A stretch of DNA of 64,000 nt from contig CAIRMR010000016.1 in assembly GCA_903879715.1 (NCBI GenBank), positions 3,115-67,114 on the forward strand, given 5' to 3'. The position numbers were made by a program, and so were the translations under genes. Below are positions 29,838-40,398 of this stretch, in pieces (positions within the stretch are counted from its first letter, which is position 1; each line of letters opens with the position of its first letter). Under the pieces are notes generated by a model. That model worked only from the letters and a program-made list of their open reading frames with translations, searched no databases and was not told where the DNA came from. Origin of the DNA: an uncultured Bacteroidales bacterium (lineage in GTDB: Bacteria > Bacteroidota > Bacteroidia > Bacteroidales > UBA4417).

Positions 29838-31046
29838 ATGTTTGATCAGTCAGATGGCATGAAGCCTTTGGTACAAGACGACAGAATTGATAATTTTTTC
29901 TTGCAATTATCAAATCCTGAAAATAATGTCTGGGAACTTATATTTGATTCGATGCCCGATATGGTAGCATTGATTGATCTGAACAATATCGTAGTGAAGG
30001 CTAATAAAGCCATGCGGCAAAGGGTTAATATCGGTGATCAGAGTTTAATCGGTCATTCATGTAATAAACTCATGCACGATCATGGATGTACCATTTCCAA
30101 TTGTCCGCATTTGAATATGATCAACGACAGGAAACCACATTCGGTTGAGTTGTATGAGCCCAAATTTGAAATGTATTTAAATATTTCCACAACTCCTATA
30201 TTTGATGCTGATAAAAATTTATTAGGAAGTTTACATATTGCGCGGGATATCTCAATTCAAAAGGAATCCGAAGACAAGCTCACGAAATTAAATAATGAGC
30301 TGAATGAGCTGAATCAAAGTAAAGATAAATTCTTCAGCATTGTTGCGCATGATCTGCGAAGCCCCTTTCAGGGCATGTTAGGATTTACCGACCTGATTCT
30401 TGACGATATTGATACCCTGAGTAAAGCAGAGATAAATGAATACCTTCTAAAAGTCAGGGATTCGGCGTACAGCACATTTACTTTACTCGAAAACCTTCTG
30501 GACTGGTCGAGATTGCAAACCGGAAGACTGGAATACAAACCTTCGGAGTTCAGTTTATGCGAGGATGTTGAATCGGTTATTAGCTTATTGGACTCTAACG
30601 CGCAGAGCAAGAATATTAATTTAATCAACAATCTGACAGACAAATATATCGTGAATGCTGACCGGCGAATGGTGCATTCGATTTTGCTTAACCTGACCAC
30701 AAACGCGATAAAATTCACTTACCCTGGCGGATCTGTTTCCTTTGATGCGGGAATAAAAGCAATCTGTGAATACAATTCCAAAAACCAAACCAAAGGCTGT
30801 AATCATAAATCACTGGAAATAAGCATTTCGGATACCGGGGTAGGAATTTCACCTGAAGGAATAAAGAAGATTTTAAATATTGATGAGCATTTTACACTTT
30901 CGGGAACATCAAATGAACAAGGCGCCGGCCTTGGGCTCATATTAGTAAAAGAAATGACAGAAAAGCAAGGCGGCAAACTAACAATTAATAGCCAGGAAGG
31001 GAAAGGGTCAGTTTTCACATTTTCTTTGCCGATGGCTGAAAAGTAG
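29838..31046 (+). CDS. PAS sensor histidine kinase
   Basis: WELIFDSMPD PAS with C-x6-H..C..CP; AHDLRSPF; NAIKF, DTGVG, GAGLGL. Confidence 0.92.
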   Translation: MFDQSDGMKPLVQDDRIDNFFLQLSNPENNVWELIFDSMPDMVALIDLNNIVVKANKAMRQRVNIGDQSLIGHSCNKLMHDHGCTISNCPHLNMINDRKPHSVELYEPKFEMYLNISTTPIFDADKNLLGSLHIARDISIQKESEDKLTKLNNELNELNQSKDKFFSIVAHDLRSPFQGMLGFTDLILDDIDTLSKAEINEYLLKVRDSAYSTFTLLENLLDWSRLQTGRLEYKPSEFSLCEDVESVISLLDSNAQSKNINLINNLTDKYIVNADRRMVHSILLNLTTNAIKFTYPGGSVSFDAGIKAICEYNSKNQTKGCNHKSLEISISDTGVGISPEGIKKILNIDEHFTLSGTSNEQGAGLGLILVKEMTEKQGGKLTINSQEGKGSVFTFSLPMAEK

Positions 31047-31184
31047 CAGGTAAATATAGTTATAAGACTTTTGAATTACAGAATACTGATTGTGGATTAC
31101 GAACTGATTTGAGATGTTTTTTCTCACCTTTTCTGTTTCTTTTTCTCGCTCTCCCACAGTTCCTCAGTCACCTCTGTTCCACCC

Positions 31185-33935
31185 CTACAGATTATCCCTG
31201 AAATCTTTCTTTTTCGTAAGCTTCAGGTCCTGGAGCAAGGAGGATTTGGCGTTAATCTGGAAGTTCCAGCTTTTCTGTGTACCATAAGGAACCCAGCTGA
31301 AACGCATTTCCCAGCAGTGAAGGTTACGGTAAATAGTAAGTTGAGTAAACGCAAACGCCTTTTGTTTGAAGTCATACCCTGATCGTGCCGAAAATTTCCA
31401 TTTTTCAGTAACATTTACATCACCTGATACGCCTAAGGTTTGAATCACTTCGCGATTGATTAACCCTGTAGTTAATTCAGGCGTACTTGTCAACCTGAAA
31501 TTATAATCAAAATGCAACGACCAGGGATTATCCCAATCTATATACAAATCCGTATTATTTTTAACATCTTCAATTTCCTCTTTTGTAGCAGAACCGGGAG
31601 GAGCCTTTTTAGCAACCTTTGTTTTTGGTTTCAGGTCGTAGCCTAAACTCAGGCTCCATCCGGCGTTCACAAAGCGGAGCAACTTCTTGTTCATCGAATA
31701 CTGCGTCGTATTGATTTTAGGACCAAGTGTTGAATTATAAAATGGGTTTGTATATGAATCCCACATGGTATAGCCATAAAAAGGCTGTGAGTATAACCCA
31801 TACGGGCTGTATGAGCTATTATAAGTGATATGTATCTTTTTGAACAGGGTTGTGCTTGCTTGCAAAGAAATATCCGACCAGCGAAGCGAATCCTTTGCCA
31901 GATCATACCCCGTTGAAATTGAAAAATTCTCGATAAGCATTACCTTTTGAGTACCAGTAATGGTATCTTTATCCGAACGCACTTTCATTTCCAGGTTATT
32001 TCCCAGGGAAAAACCTACAGATCCTGATTTATATTGGGGAGCACCTCCGGATATACTGCCTTCAAAGATAGAATATTTTGCGAGGGTACCTTTTGCGTCA
32101 GTTTGTACTGAGCGCCAGTATCCAAGTTTTTCGGTACCAAATTCAGGCACATAATTAAAGCTGACCGAAGGCCTCATAACGTGCCTGATAGCACGCACAG
32201 GTCCTTTTGAGAATATTTTCATTCCATAGATAGTAGTGCTTACAGAGGAATTGAACGAATAGTCGCGTTCAGTGGCAAACCCGTTGAGTGTATCAATGTT
32301 AATAAAACCACCTAAATCAGATGTGTCATTTACCCAGTTTTTACGTATCGTTTTTGTGTACCACCGTTCATTATAGTTTACGCTGTTGTTCCACGAAAAG
32401 AATTTCAGGAATTTTATGGAAACGCTGACAGGAATATTCTGATTCATTCCATTCACAAACTTTTTGCCAATACCAGGTTTGAAAACCAGGGAATCGTAGG
32501 TGCTCAGGGTATTACTCATTGTCATACTGTAGCCAAGAGTAAGTGATTCGTACCATTTTGCAGCACCAACTGGTATTTTCTTTTTAAAAGGATAAAATCT
32601 GCTGGTACTGAAGGATATGTTAGGAAGCGACAAATTGATCGTCCTTGTTTGAGTCTGCTGGCTTTCTGACGCGGCAGCCGTAAGGTTGCCCCAGGTACCA
32701 AAGCGCATGGCATATGACACACTCGACTGCATGGTATTGTTAAGGAAATCGCTGACAGTAGAAGGATTATACGTATTGTATTTACTCGAACCCAGATTCA
32801 CACTTGCGCTGAAAACCGAGTTAGGGCGCGCCTTGGAATCCTGCTGATGAGACCATCTGAAATTAAAATCACTTCTGTTAGAATAATCAACGTCACCCAG
32901 AGTCCCGTATACGGTCTTGGCATATTTAAATTCTAAACTACCTGAATATCTGTATCGTTTTTTATACGTTAAAAACGGTTTTAATGCCCAACCTCCGCGT
33001 GAATAAATATCACCAACGAGTTTCAGATCAAAATAATCATTCAGTCCGAAATAATATCCGCCTCCTTCCAGGTAAAAGCCGCTTTTAGCTGATTCGCCAT
33101 ATGTTGGTATGATCAATCCGGAACTGCGCCCTTTTTTGTTTGGAAAGAGACCGAAAGGAAGCCCTAATGGTATTGGAACACCCTCAACGGATATCCAGGC
33201 CGGGCCTGTAATAATCATATTTCCGCTTAAAACCTTGGCTTTGGTGAATTTTAACGAAAAATGCGGGTTCTCTTCCAGATCGCATGTAGTATACTCGCCT
33301 CTACCCACATCAGTTACACTGTCGTTAATTTTTTTAATAACAGTTCCATGTATATAACCGTCACCTTCTTTGGTAATTACACTTTGAATCAGCCCTTTGC
33401 GTGTTGTGAAATTATACGCTATTTCTTTCGATTTAAAACTTAAATCACCTTGCTTAAATTCAGGAGTTCCTACAGGATTGCACAACGAGTCTTCGGTTGC
33501 ATAAGCATGAATGGTGTTATTATCGAAACTGATAGAAATTATAGATGCTTTTAATTTAATATCTTCATATTCAATACTAGCGTTGCCATACATCCAGACA
33601 AGCTTGTTTTTGATATCCATGCTCAATGAGTCGGCCGATGCATAATCGATTTTGGCACTGAGCATAAACATATTTGCTTTTTCTTCAGCGGCTGTTGAAT
33701 CCGTTGATACTATATGTACTTCAGGAACGTTAGAGTTTAATGAATCCTGTTTTGCCCTGTTAGTTGTATCAGGTACATCGGGCAAAAGAGTGTCAGGACT
33801 TCCGGCTTCAATCGGAAATACTTTATAGAGTGTTTTGCTCCCGGAAAAATAAATACCCGCCTGTACAGAAATTAATACTGACAGGAACAGGATTATGGTT
33901 ATTAACCGGTGCTTTGTTTGTAACTTCGGTACCAA
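31185..33935 (-). CDS. lptD: Putative LPS assembly protein LptD (Bacteroidota type)
   Basis: YTTCD...PHF, SGLIIPTYGE, GFYLEGGGYYF, WSHQQDSKA.P, RNLHCWEM.FSWVP; divergent from the amidase. Confidence 0.88.
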   Translation of the reverse strand: MVPKLQTKHRLITIILFLSVLISVQAGIYFSGSKTLYKVFPIEAGSPDTLLPDVPDTTNRAKQDSLNSNVPEVHIVSTDSTAAEEKANMFMLSAKIDYASADSLSMDIKNKLVWMYGNASIEYEDIKLKASIISISFDNNTIHAYATEDSLCNPVGTPEFKQGDLSFKSKEIAYNFTTRKGLIQSVITKEGDGYIHGTVIKKINDSVTDVGRGEYTTCDLEENPHFSLKFTKAKVLSGNMIITGPAWISVEGVPIPLGLPFGLFPNKKGRSSGLIIPTYGESAKSGFYLEGGGYYFGLNDYFDLKLVGDIYSRGGWALKPFLTYKKRYRYSGSLEFKYAKTVYGTLGDVDYSNRSDFNFRWSHQQDSKARPNSVFSASVNLGSSKYNTYNPSTVSDFLNNTMQSSVSYAMRFGTWGNLTAAASESQQTQTRTINLSLPNISFSTSRFYPFKKKIPVGAAKWYESLTLGYSMTMSNTLSTYDSLVFKPGIGKKFVNGMNQNIPVSVSIKFLKFFSWNNSVNYNERWYTKTIRKNWVNDTSDLGGFINIDTLNGFATERDYSFNSSVSTTIYGMKIFSKGPVRAIRHVMRPSVSFNYVPEFGTEKLGYWRSVQTDAKGTLAKYSIFEGSISGGAPQYKSGSVGFSLGNNLEMKVRSDKDTITGTQKVMLIENFSISTGYDLAKDSLRWSDISLQASTTLFKKIHITYNSSYSPYGLYSQPFYGYTMWDSYTNPFYNSTLGPKINTTQYSMNKKLLRFVNAGWSLSLGYDLKPKTKVAKKAPPGSATKEEIEDVKNNTDLYIDWDNPWSLHFDYNFRLTSTPELTTGLINREVIQTLGVSGDVNVTEKWKFSARSGYDFKQKAFAFTQLTIYRNLHCWEMRFSWVPYGTQKSWNFQINAKSSLLQDLKLTKKKDFRDNL

Positions 33936-34105
33936 TTATGCTGAAAAAGAGGTTAACATGCTAATTTTGTAGTAGATTGTAAAGAACAACTTAGAGCCTT
34001 TATTGAACAAAACATATGCCGAAACATGTCAAAATATTGATTGTCAATATATTGTTCAAATACCAGCGTTCTTTACAACGATGCAAAGCTAAACAAAATC
34101 AGGTG

Positions 34106-35299
34106 ATGTCGGAAAAACGAAACGATCAGAGATTTCTTATTCTTTGCCTTTTATATTTTTTTGTGAATTTTGCCAGCGCACAAAAAGTAAATACCGTCGT
34201 TCTCGATGCCGGTCACGGTGGTCACGATACAGGTGCTTTGGGTAAAAATTCGCGTGAAAAAGATATTACCCTGGCTATTGTTCTCAAGTTGCGCGATTAC
34301 ATCCGCGATAACATGAAAGATGTAAAAGTGATCCTGACCCGAGATGACGATACGTTTATCGAATTGTACCGCAGGGCTAAGATCGCCAATGAAAACAAAG
34401 CCGACCTTTTCATTTCAATACACTGTAACTCCACAAAATCGCCCTATGCCTTCGGTGTCGAAACTTTTGTGATGGGACTTCATAAAAGCCAGGCCAACCT
34501 GGCAGTAGCCAAAGCTGAAAATGCCGCTATTTTGCTTGAGGACGATTATGTTGAGAAATATGACGGATTTGACCCAAATTCAGCCGAAGGGAATATATTC
34601 TTCAGTATGATGCAAAACGCGTTCCTTGACAAGAGCCTAGCTTATGCCGGTAAAGTACAACATCAGCTTGTTGATAATCTTCATATGCTTAACCGCGGGG
34701 TAAAACAAGCCGGATTCCTGGTTTTATACAAAACCGCTATGCCTGGAGTACTTATTGAAACCGGTTTTATAAGTAATATGAAGGACGAAAAATTTCTTTT
34801 GTCGGAAAAAGGACAAGAGCAGATGGCACAAGCCATTTTTAAAGCACTGCGTGATTACAAAAACCAGGCTGAAAACCGGTCGCCTGAACAGGCAAATTCC
34901 GATACTTTGATTGCTTCAAGCCGAACAAAAGAAATACCTAAAAATAAAAACAGCCGGAATCCAAATCCGGAAGTTGTTGTGAAAACAGCCAGAAATGATT
35001 CGGTTACAACTAAAATTTCTGATCCGGATGCAATTACATTTCGTGTTCAGTTTGCGCTGTACACTGAATCCAAACCGGTTGATTCAAAGATTTTTAGTGG
35101 TGTCGGTGATGTAAAAATGTATTTTCACAGCGGAGCGTATAAGTATACTTCCGGAGATTTTACTACTATGGAAGCTGCTTTGCAGAGGCGGAAGGAATTA
35201 AGTTTAAAAGGATATAAGGATGCTTTTATTGTTGCTTTCAGAGGTAAAGAGCGAATTTCAAATGAAGAAGCAAAGCGACTAACAGAAAAAAAGTATTAA
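34106..35299 (+). CDS. N-acetylmuramoyl-L-alanine amidase (Amidase_3, C-terminal SPOR-like)
   Basis: VVLDAGHGGHDTG, EKDITL, ADLFISIHCN, VLIETGFISN, FRVQ...GYKDAFIVAF. Confidence 0.93.
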   Translation: MSEKRNDQRFLILCLLYFFVNFASAQKVNTVVLDAGHGGHDTGALGKNSREKDITLAIVLKLRDYIRDNMKDVKVILTRDDDTFIELYRRAKIANENKADLFISIHCNSTKSPYAFGVETFVMGLHKSQANLAVAKAENAAILLEDDYVEKYDGFDPNSAEGNIFFSMMQNAFLDKSLAYAGKVQHQLVDNLHMLNRGVKQAGFLVLYKTAMPGVLIETGFISNMKDEKFLLSEKGQEQMAQAIFKALRDYKNQAENRSPEQANSDTLIASSRTKEIPKNKNSRNPNPEVVVKTARNDSVTTKISDPDAITFRVQFALYTESKPVDSKIFSGVGDVKMYFHSGAYKYTSGDFTTMEAALQRRKELSLKGYKDAFIVAFRGKERISNEEAKRLTEKKY

Positions 35300-35324
35300 A
35301 TTTGCTGAAATTTCGAATATTAAA

Positions 35325-36314
35325 ATGAAGATAAGTCGTGAACTCAAGATAGGTGCCTTCGGTATTGTTACATTAGCGCTTTTCATTATTAGTGTAAACT
35401 TTATTAAGGGCAAGGATTTATTTAACAGGAATCGCACCTTCTATGCTGTGTATGATGCCACATCAGGTATTCAGGAAGCAGCTTCGGTAACTGTAAGCGG
35501 GCTTGAAGTGGGAAAGGTTACGGATATGAGGTTTCTGACTAAAAATTCAAAGAAGGTTTTAATAGAACTTACTATTTCCAATAAAGTATTTATTCCCTCA
35601 AAATCAGTTGCCCGCATTACCAGCCTCGACTTGTTGGGAACCAAAAATATTGAAATTATATTCAGCGATGCCAACACCGAAGCACTCGACGGCGATACAT
35701 TAGTTGGCGGATCACAACTGTCGCTGCAGGAAGAAGTTAACAAGCAGGTTGCTCCAATAAAACTCAAAGCCGAAAACCTGCTTTCGTCACTCGACACCAT
35801 GGTTACCGTACTTCAATCCGTTTTTAATGCCGATACACGTAAAAACATTACCGCTTCATTCTTGAGCATACGTTCAACGCTGAGCAATCTTGAAAGTACC
35901 ACTTACAACCTGGATACATTGGTATATGGTCAAAAGAAACGGCTTGAGCGAATTATGTTCAATGTTGAGTCGATCACAGAAAATTTTCGTAAAAACGACG
36001 AAAACATTTCAAATATCCTTACAAATTTCTCACTATTAAGCGATACGCTTGCAAAAGCTAACCTGGCAGGCACACTTAAGAATGTTAACATTGTACTTTC
36101 AAGAGTGGAAGCTATTACTACTAAAATCAATAATGGTGAAGGAACAATCGGCATGCTGGTGAACGACCAGAAATTGTATGACAACCTGAATAAATCGGCA
36201 TCCCAACTCAATGCTTTGATCGAAGATATGAAGCTCAATCCTTACCGGTATGTGAATATCTCAGTATTCCCGCCATCCAAAAAGAGAATGATATACACGG
36301 AGCCGGTTAAGTAA
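35325..36314 (+). CDS. MlaD/MCE family protein
   Basis: ELKIG TM, GLEVGKV, DLLGTKNIEI, coiled coil, GTIGMLVND..LY.NL...DMKLNPYRYV. Confidence 0.92.
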   Translation: MKISRELKIGAFGIVTLALFIISVNFIKGKDLFNRNRTFYAVYDATSGIQEAASVTVSGLEVGKVTDMRFLTKNSKKVLIELTISNKVFIPSKSVARITSLDLLGTKNIEIIFSDANTEALDGDTLVGGSQLSLQEEVNKQVAPIKLKAENLLSSLDTMVTVLQSVFNADTRKNITASFLSIRSTLSNLESTTYNLDTLVYGQKKRLERIMFNVESITENFRKNDENISNILTNFSLLSDTLAKANLAGTLKNVNIVLSRVEAITTKINNGEGTIGMLVNDQKLYDNLNKSASQLNALIEDMKLNPYRYVNISVFPPSKKRMIYTEPVK

Positions 36315-36332
36315 GCTGAGTCTATTGGAAGT

Positions 36333-36466
36333 ACAAGAGATAGAGCGAGAGGGGCGACAAAGCGAGGGGCGACAAGAGATATAGTGAGGGGGCGAGGGGT
36401 GACAAAGCGAGGGGCGACAAGAGATATAGTGAGGGGGCGAGGGGCGACAAAGCGAGGGGCGACAAG
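36333..36466. repeat. G-rich tandem repeat, 45-bp unit (~3 copies) with internal 15-bp subrepeat
   Basis: gagggg(c/t)gacaaagcgaggggcgacaag at 36349, 36394 and 36439. Confidence 0.92.
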
Positions 36467-36569
36467 AAGAGAGCAATTAAAAAACATTGAGGCTGAATTT
36501 CTGATATCTGTACGATAGGATTTTTGCTTATTTCCCAAAAAATTACATCAGAAAGCAATTACTTAAAAA

Positions 36570-38234
36570 TTATTTCACTTCCTGGTTTTTTATTGTTTTC
36601 AGAGATTTAACCGGCATCTTAGAAGGTGTCGCAATTGGCTCTTTGGTGGGTTCTTTGGTTGGTGGTTCCGTTACCTGTTCCCTGGATTGCAGCCTGGCTT
36701 TCGCGTATAATTCCTCATCTACGTTTCGAAAAACATCATCCTTTTCAAGCGGCCTGGATGTAAAGCGCCAGTTAAATCCTTTAAGCATGCGTTGGTCGGT
36801 GGGGACATCTTTATCGGGAAACATATTTCCAGCCGGTTTGTCAAAATATAAAATGCGCTCAATCTTACTATCTTTCACATCCAGCCTCATACGGCTACCG
36901 GAAGCCTTATTAACACCTATCAGTTTTAAGTCGGCTTCGCGCACATAATAAACTGTTTCAGCATTTCCGTTTACATCAATCGTCGACAATTCATTTTTCA
37001 CGAAATGCCCTACCATGTTCTTACCCCTGATCTGGTTATAGGCTTCGGTTGTATCCTTCGAAACAATAAAAGCAGTGCTGTTCATATATATTTCCCTGAT
37101 GCGGTTTTTGCCCGTCAGTATACGCATGGTATCAGCGGTAAGCTGGTTTTTACCCGACCATAAAACCGGCATACGGTACATGCTGATAAGTGAATCGGCA
37201 AAATTATAATGAAGCGAATCGCAGGCTCCCTGGATATCATTCCGGTAAAAACGGGTGTTGTGGTATGCAAATAATTCTTTAGTCTCGTTTCTGGTTGTAT
37301 CAAAAGTAGCTTTTAACGTATCTGCATGAAGATAAAGCGTGTCTGCTTTATCACCCATAATAGCAACCGCCTCATTTGTAAACAGGGTATAGCCTTTGAT
37401 ACGCCAGTATTCGGCAAAGTTTCCTTTAATAATTACATCCTGGATGGTATCAGTCATTACAACATGATTAACAGCCTTCCCATAATGAAGTTTCTCGTTA
37501 TAATACAGGCTGTCGCCGGTTAAGCGGCGGTTATCATCAACCAACAACGCATTTATGCTAAACCTCGATTTACTTGTTGCACGGTTGTATTCACCATCTT
37601 CACAATACAGGTAATTGTCCTTGCCTTTTAGTATGGTAGGGCCCAGGAAATAGGATATCCTCGAAACTGTATTGTATTTCAATGTATCGCAGTTGATTTT
37701 ATATTCCGGGTTTGTGAGTACCACATCATCGCGGAAATACATCAGTTTTTGGCTGGTATAATAAAAACATCGCTGGCTGGTAAGTATATTGTCGCCATTT
37801 ACCATTTTACCACCGGTAGTATAGCTTGCAATATTCGTGTTACGGTCAAAATTCATTATATTCGTAGTGAGGGTAGTTTGTTTATCAACCAGTTTCACAT
37901 CGTCGCGAACAACAGCCATTTTAGTATTGCCGTCATAATGAAGAAATTTCCCGAAAAGGTTTAAGGTATCACTCGATTTAATACGCACATGGCCATAGCA
38001 GTCCATTGTATTGGATATTTCGTATAACCAGGCACTATCGCAATACAGGTATGCTCCCTCATGTTCAAAAACAGGATTATTAAGTGCCCTCGTCATGTCG
38101 CCAAGATTGCTCGAATGCCTCAGTTCTCCTGCAGTCATGCGTATGCGGGTTTTTTGAGCGTGCACAGATTGATGCACTGACAAAAGTATCAGCGATGAAA
38201 TTACAAATACAAGGAAGATGGTTTTTTTTGACAT
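36570..38234 (-). CDS. OstA-like (LptA/OstA beta-jellyroll) protein
   Basis: LYCDSA, LHYDGNT, DTLKYNT, DTLYLHADTL, QGACDSL, PVLW...QLTADT, NQIRGK; TACCTTTG promoter at 38254-38261 (minus). Confidence 0.88.
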   Translation of the reverse strand: MSKKTIFLVFVISSLILLSVHQSVHAQKTRIRMTAGELRHSSNLGDMTRALNNPVFEHEGAYLYCDSAWLYEISNTMDCYGHVRIKSSDTLNLFGKFLHYDGNTKMAVVRDDVKLVDKQTTLTTNIMNFDRNTNIASYTTGGKMVNGDNILTSQRCFYYTSQKLMYFRDDVVLTNPEYKINCDTLKYNTVSRISYFLGPTILKGKDNYLYCEDGEYNRATSKSRFSINALLVDDNRRLTGDSLYYNEKLHYGKAVNHVVMTDTIQDVIIKGNFAEYWRIKGYTLFTNEAVAIMGDKADTLYLHADTLKATFDTTRNETKELFAYHNTRFYRNDIQGACDSLHYNFADSLISMYRMPVLWSGKNQLTADTMRILTGKNRIREIYMNSTAFIVSKDTTEAYNQIRGKNMVGHFVKNELSTIDVNGNAETVYYVREADLKLIGVNKASGSRMRLDVKDSKIERILYFDKPAGNMFPDKDVPTDQRMLKGFNWRFTSRPLEKDDVFRNVDEELYAKARLQSREQVTEPPTKEPTKEPIATPSKMPVKSLKTIKNQEVK

Positions 38235-38430
38235 AATCAGTTCAAATCGGCTGCAAAGGTAAGTAATGTAAGCTAATAGTAAGACAGGGCAAATTGATGT
38301 TTTGGATTAGTCAGCAGTAAATTAAGAGGTTTTAACTTTTGCTGAAAATCATTTAAAAACAATTCAAATATTTATCTTGCGTGATTAAAAGATATTTCTA
38401 CATTTGAGCCGGTTTAAACCTTTCTTTCAA

Positions 38431-40398
38431 ATGGCTCAGAATATAGATCCAAAGCGCAACTACGAAGAAACCAGGCACAAAACCGGTTATGTTACCCGCG
38501 GGGAATCCACACAGGAAACATACGATCGCCTTGGTTTTATGTCGGGACTCGAAGTACACCAGCAACTAAAAACATCTCAAAAACTTTTTTGCCGTTGCCC
38601 GGCCGGAATATACCAGAAACCAGGCGATTTCGATGCCGAAGTAATCAGGCATATGCGGCCAACCCTGAGCGAATTGGGCGAATACGACGGCACTGCTCTG
38701 ATGGAGTTCAAAACCCGTAAAAATATCATTTACAGGTTGAAAAGCAAAACAAGCTGTACGTATGAAGTTGATGATACGCCACCGTTTCCCCTCAACCGCG
38801 AAGCATTATCCATCGCCATCGAAATATCACTGGTATCGAAACTGAATATAGTTGGCGAAGTGCATATTACGCGAAAACAATACCTCGACGGGAGTATTCC
38901 TACAGGATTTCAGCGAACGGCAATAATCGGCGTTGAGGGTGAAATACCGCTCAGGAATAAAAAAATACGCCTTATCCAGCTCAGTCTCGAAGAAGATTCG
39001 TGCCGCGAAGTAAGCGATATCGGTCACACAAGGATTTACCGGACTGACCGCCTCGGAATGCCGCTCATCGAAACAGTTACCTATCCGGATATGACCAATC
39101 CTGATGAGGTAAAGGAGGCCTGTAATTATATCCGTTTCCTGGGGCGTAGCACAGGCAAGGTGCGCACAGGAATTGGTGCCGGCCGCCAGGATGTGAATGT
39201 GAGCTGCAAAGGCGGCACCAGGGTCGAAATAAAAGGTGTAGCTCATAGCCGCTGGATACCTGAACTTACTCATAACGAATGTTTCCGCCAATGGGCGTTG
39301 TTGTCAATCCGGGATTTGCTGAATGCCCGTTTCCCGGATTGTAAACTATGGAACCTGACTCATGTTTTGTTGGATTTACATGCGTTCAATTCGAAAAATG
39401 GATTTACGAAAGATGCCAAAGCCAATGGATTTAAACTTGTAGCCGTAAACCTGCCGGGATTTAAAGGAATTCTTTCGCATTTCACACAGCCGGGCAAAAT
39501 GTTTGCTAACGAACTTAGTGAAAGGCTAAAGGTAATTGCTTGCATTGAATTTCCCAATATGACTCATAGCGAGGAAATAGATCCATTATTTACACCAGTT
39601 GATTGGGAAAAAGCAAATATTCTTCTGAAACCATCTGAAAATGACGCTCAGCTAATTTTCCGCGGACCAGAAGAAGATATTAAAACAGCAATCGAAACCA
39701 TTGAGGAACGCTGCCGTATGGCATTTGCAGGTGTTCCGCCCGAAACCCGTAAATCATTCGAAAACGGAACTACTATTTTCGAGCGTGTATTACCTGGCGC
39801 CGACCGCATGTATCCGGATACCGATTCAGCGCCGATTCCATTGGAAAACGATTACATAGAATCATTAAGTAAAAACCAGCCGGAAGAAGTTATTTTACGC
39901 TATAAACGACTGAAAGACTGGAATATTCCGGAAGACTGCTACACCTATATTTTCAAAAAGAACCTGTTCCCGCTAATCGAAAGGATCATAACCGAATTGG
40001 ATTTGAATCCTGCTTTTGTTGGCAAATTCTTCGGGCACGCGGTAAAATGGGTCGAAGGACAATACAAACCAACTGCCGAATTTGATTATAAGATCATCTA
40101 CGCTTTACTACGGTTTATAAAGCAACGGAATCTAGACATAAGCATTGCCCGGCGTATGTTACCTCAAGTGTATCAGTATCCTAAAATGGAATTCGAATCT
40201 GCACTTACTAGTATGAATTATAAAGCCGTTGCTAAAGAACAGATTGTTTCGAAAATCCCTTTCCTCAGGAATAAATTTGCTGAAATAAGGCTTTCAAAAG
40301 GACCGGATGTAGAGCATAACTGGATTATGGGTCAATTGCGCCGGCAGGCTGAAGGAAATATGAGTCTGAGGGAGTTGCATGAAGCTGTAAGGGATTAG
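38431..40398 (+). CDS. gatE: Glu-tRNA(Gln) amidotransferase subunit E
   Basis: GLEVHQQL.T..KLFC, R..RPTLSELGE.D, DDTPP, DGS...GFQRTA, LEEDS, DRLGMPLIE, RQDVNVS..GG.RVEIKGV, central GAD-like insertion, PGADRMYPDTD. Confidence 0.92.
   Translation: MAQNIDPKRNYEETRHKTGYVTRGESTQETYDRLGFMSGLEVHQQLKTSQKLFCRCPAGIYQKPGDFDAEVIRHMRPTLSELGEYDGTALMEFKTRKNIIYRLKSKTSCTYEVDDTPPFPLNREALSIAIEISLVSKLNIVGEVHITRKQYLDGSIPTGFQRTAIIGVEGEIPLRNKKIRLIQLSLEEDSCREVSDIGHTRIYRTDRLGMPLIETVTYPDMTNPDEVKEACNYIRFLGRSTGKVRTGIGAGRQDVNVSCKGGTRVEIKGVAHSRWIPELTHNECFRQWALLSIRDLLNARFPDCKLWNLTHVLLDLHAFNSKNGFTKDAKANGFKLVAVNLPGFKGILSHFTQPGKMFANELSERLKVIACIEFPNMTHSEEIDPLFTPVDWEKANILLKPSENDAQLIFRGPEEDIKTAIETIEERCRMAFAGVPPETRKSFENGTTIFERVLPGADRMYPDTDSAPIPLENDYIESLSKNQPEEVILRYKRLKDWNIPEDCYTYIFKKNLFPLIERIITELDLNPAFVGKFFGHAVKWVEGQYKPTAEFDYKIIYALLRFIKQRNLDISIARRMLPQVYQYPKMEFESALTSMNYKAVAKEQIVSKIPFLRNKFAEIRLSKGPDVEHNWIMGQLRRQAEGNMSLRELHEAVRD

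Noticed and set aside
36242-36558. Three overlapping minus-strand repetitive ORFs
   Set aside because: They are translations of the 45-bp repeat in all three frames, with no credible protein features
38431-40398. Bacterial GatB
   Set aside because: It has GatE-type DGS..GFQRT, RQDVNVS and RMYP motifs and the central insertion; no gatA or gatC nearby
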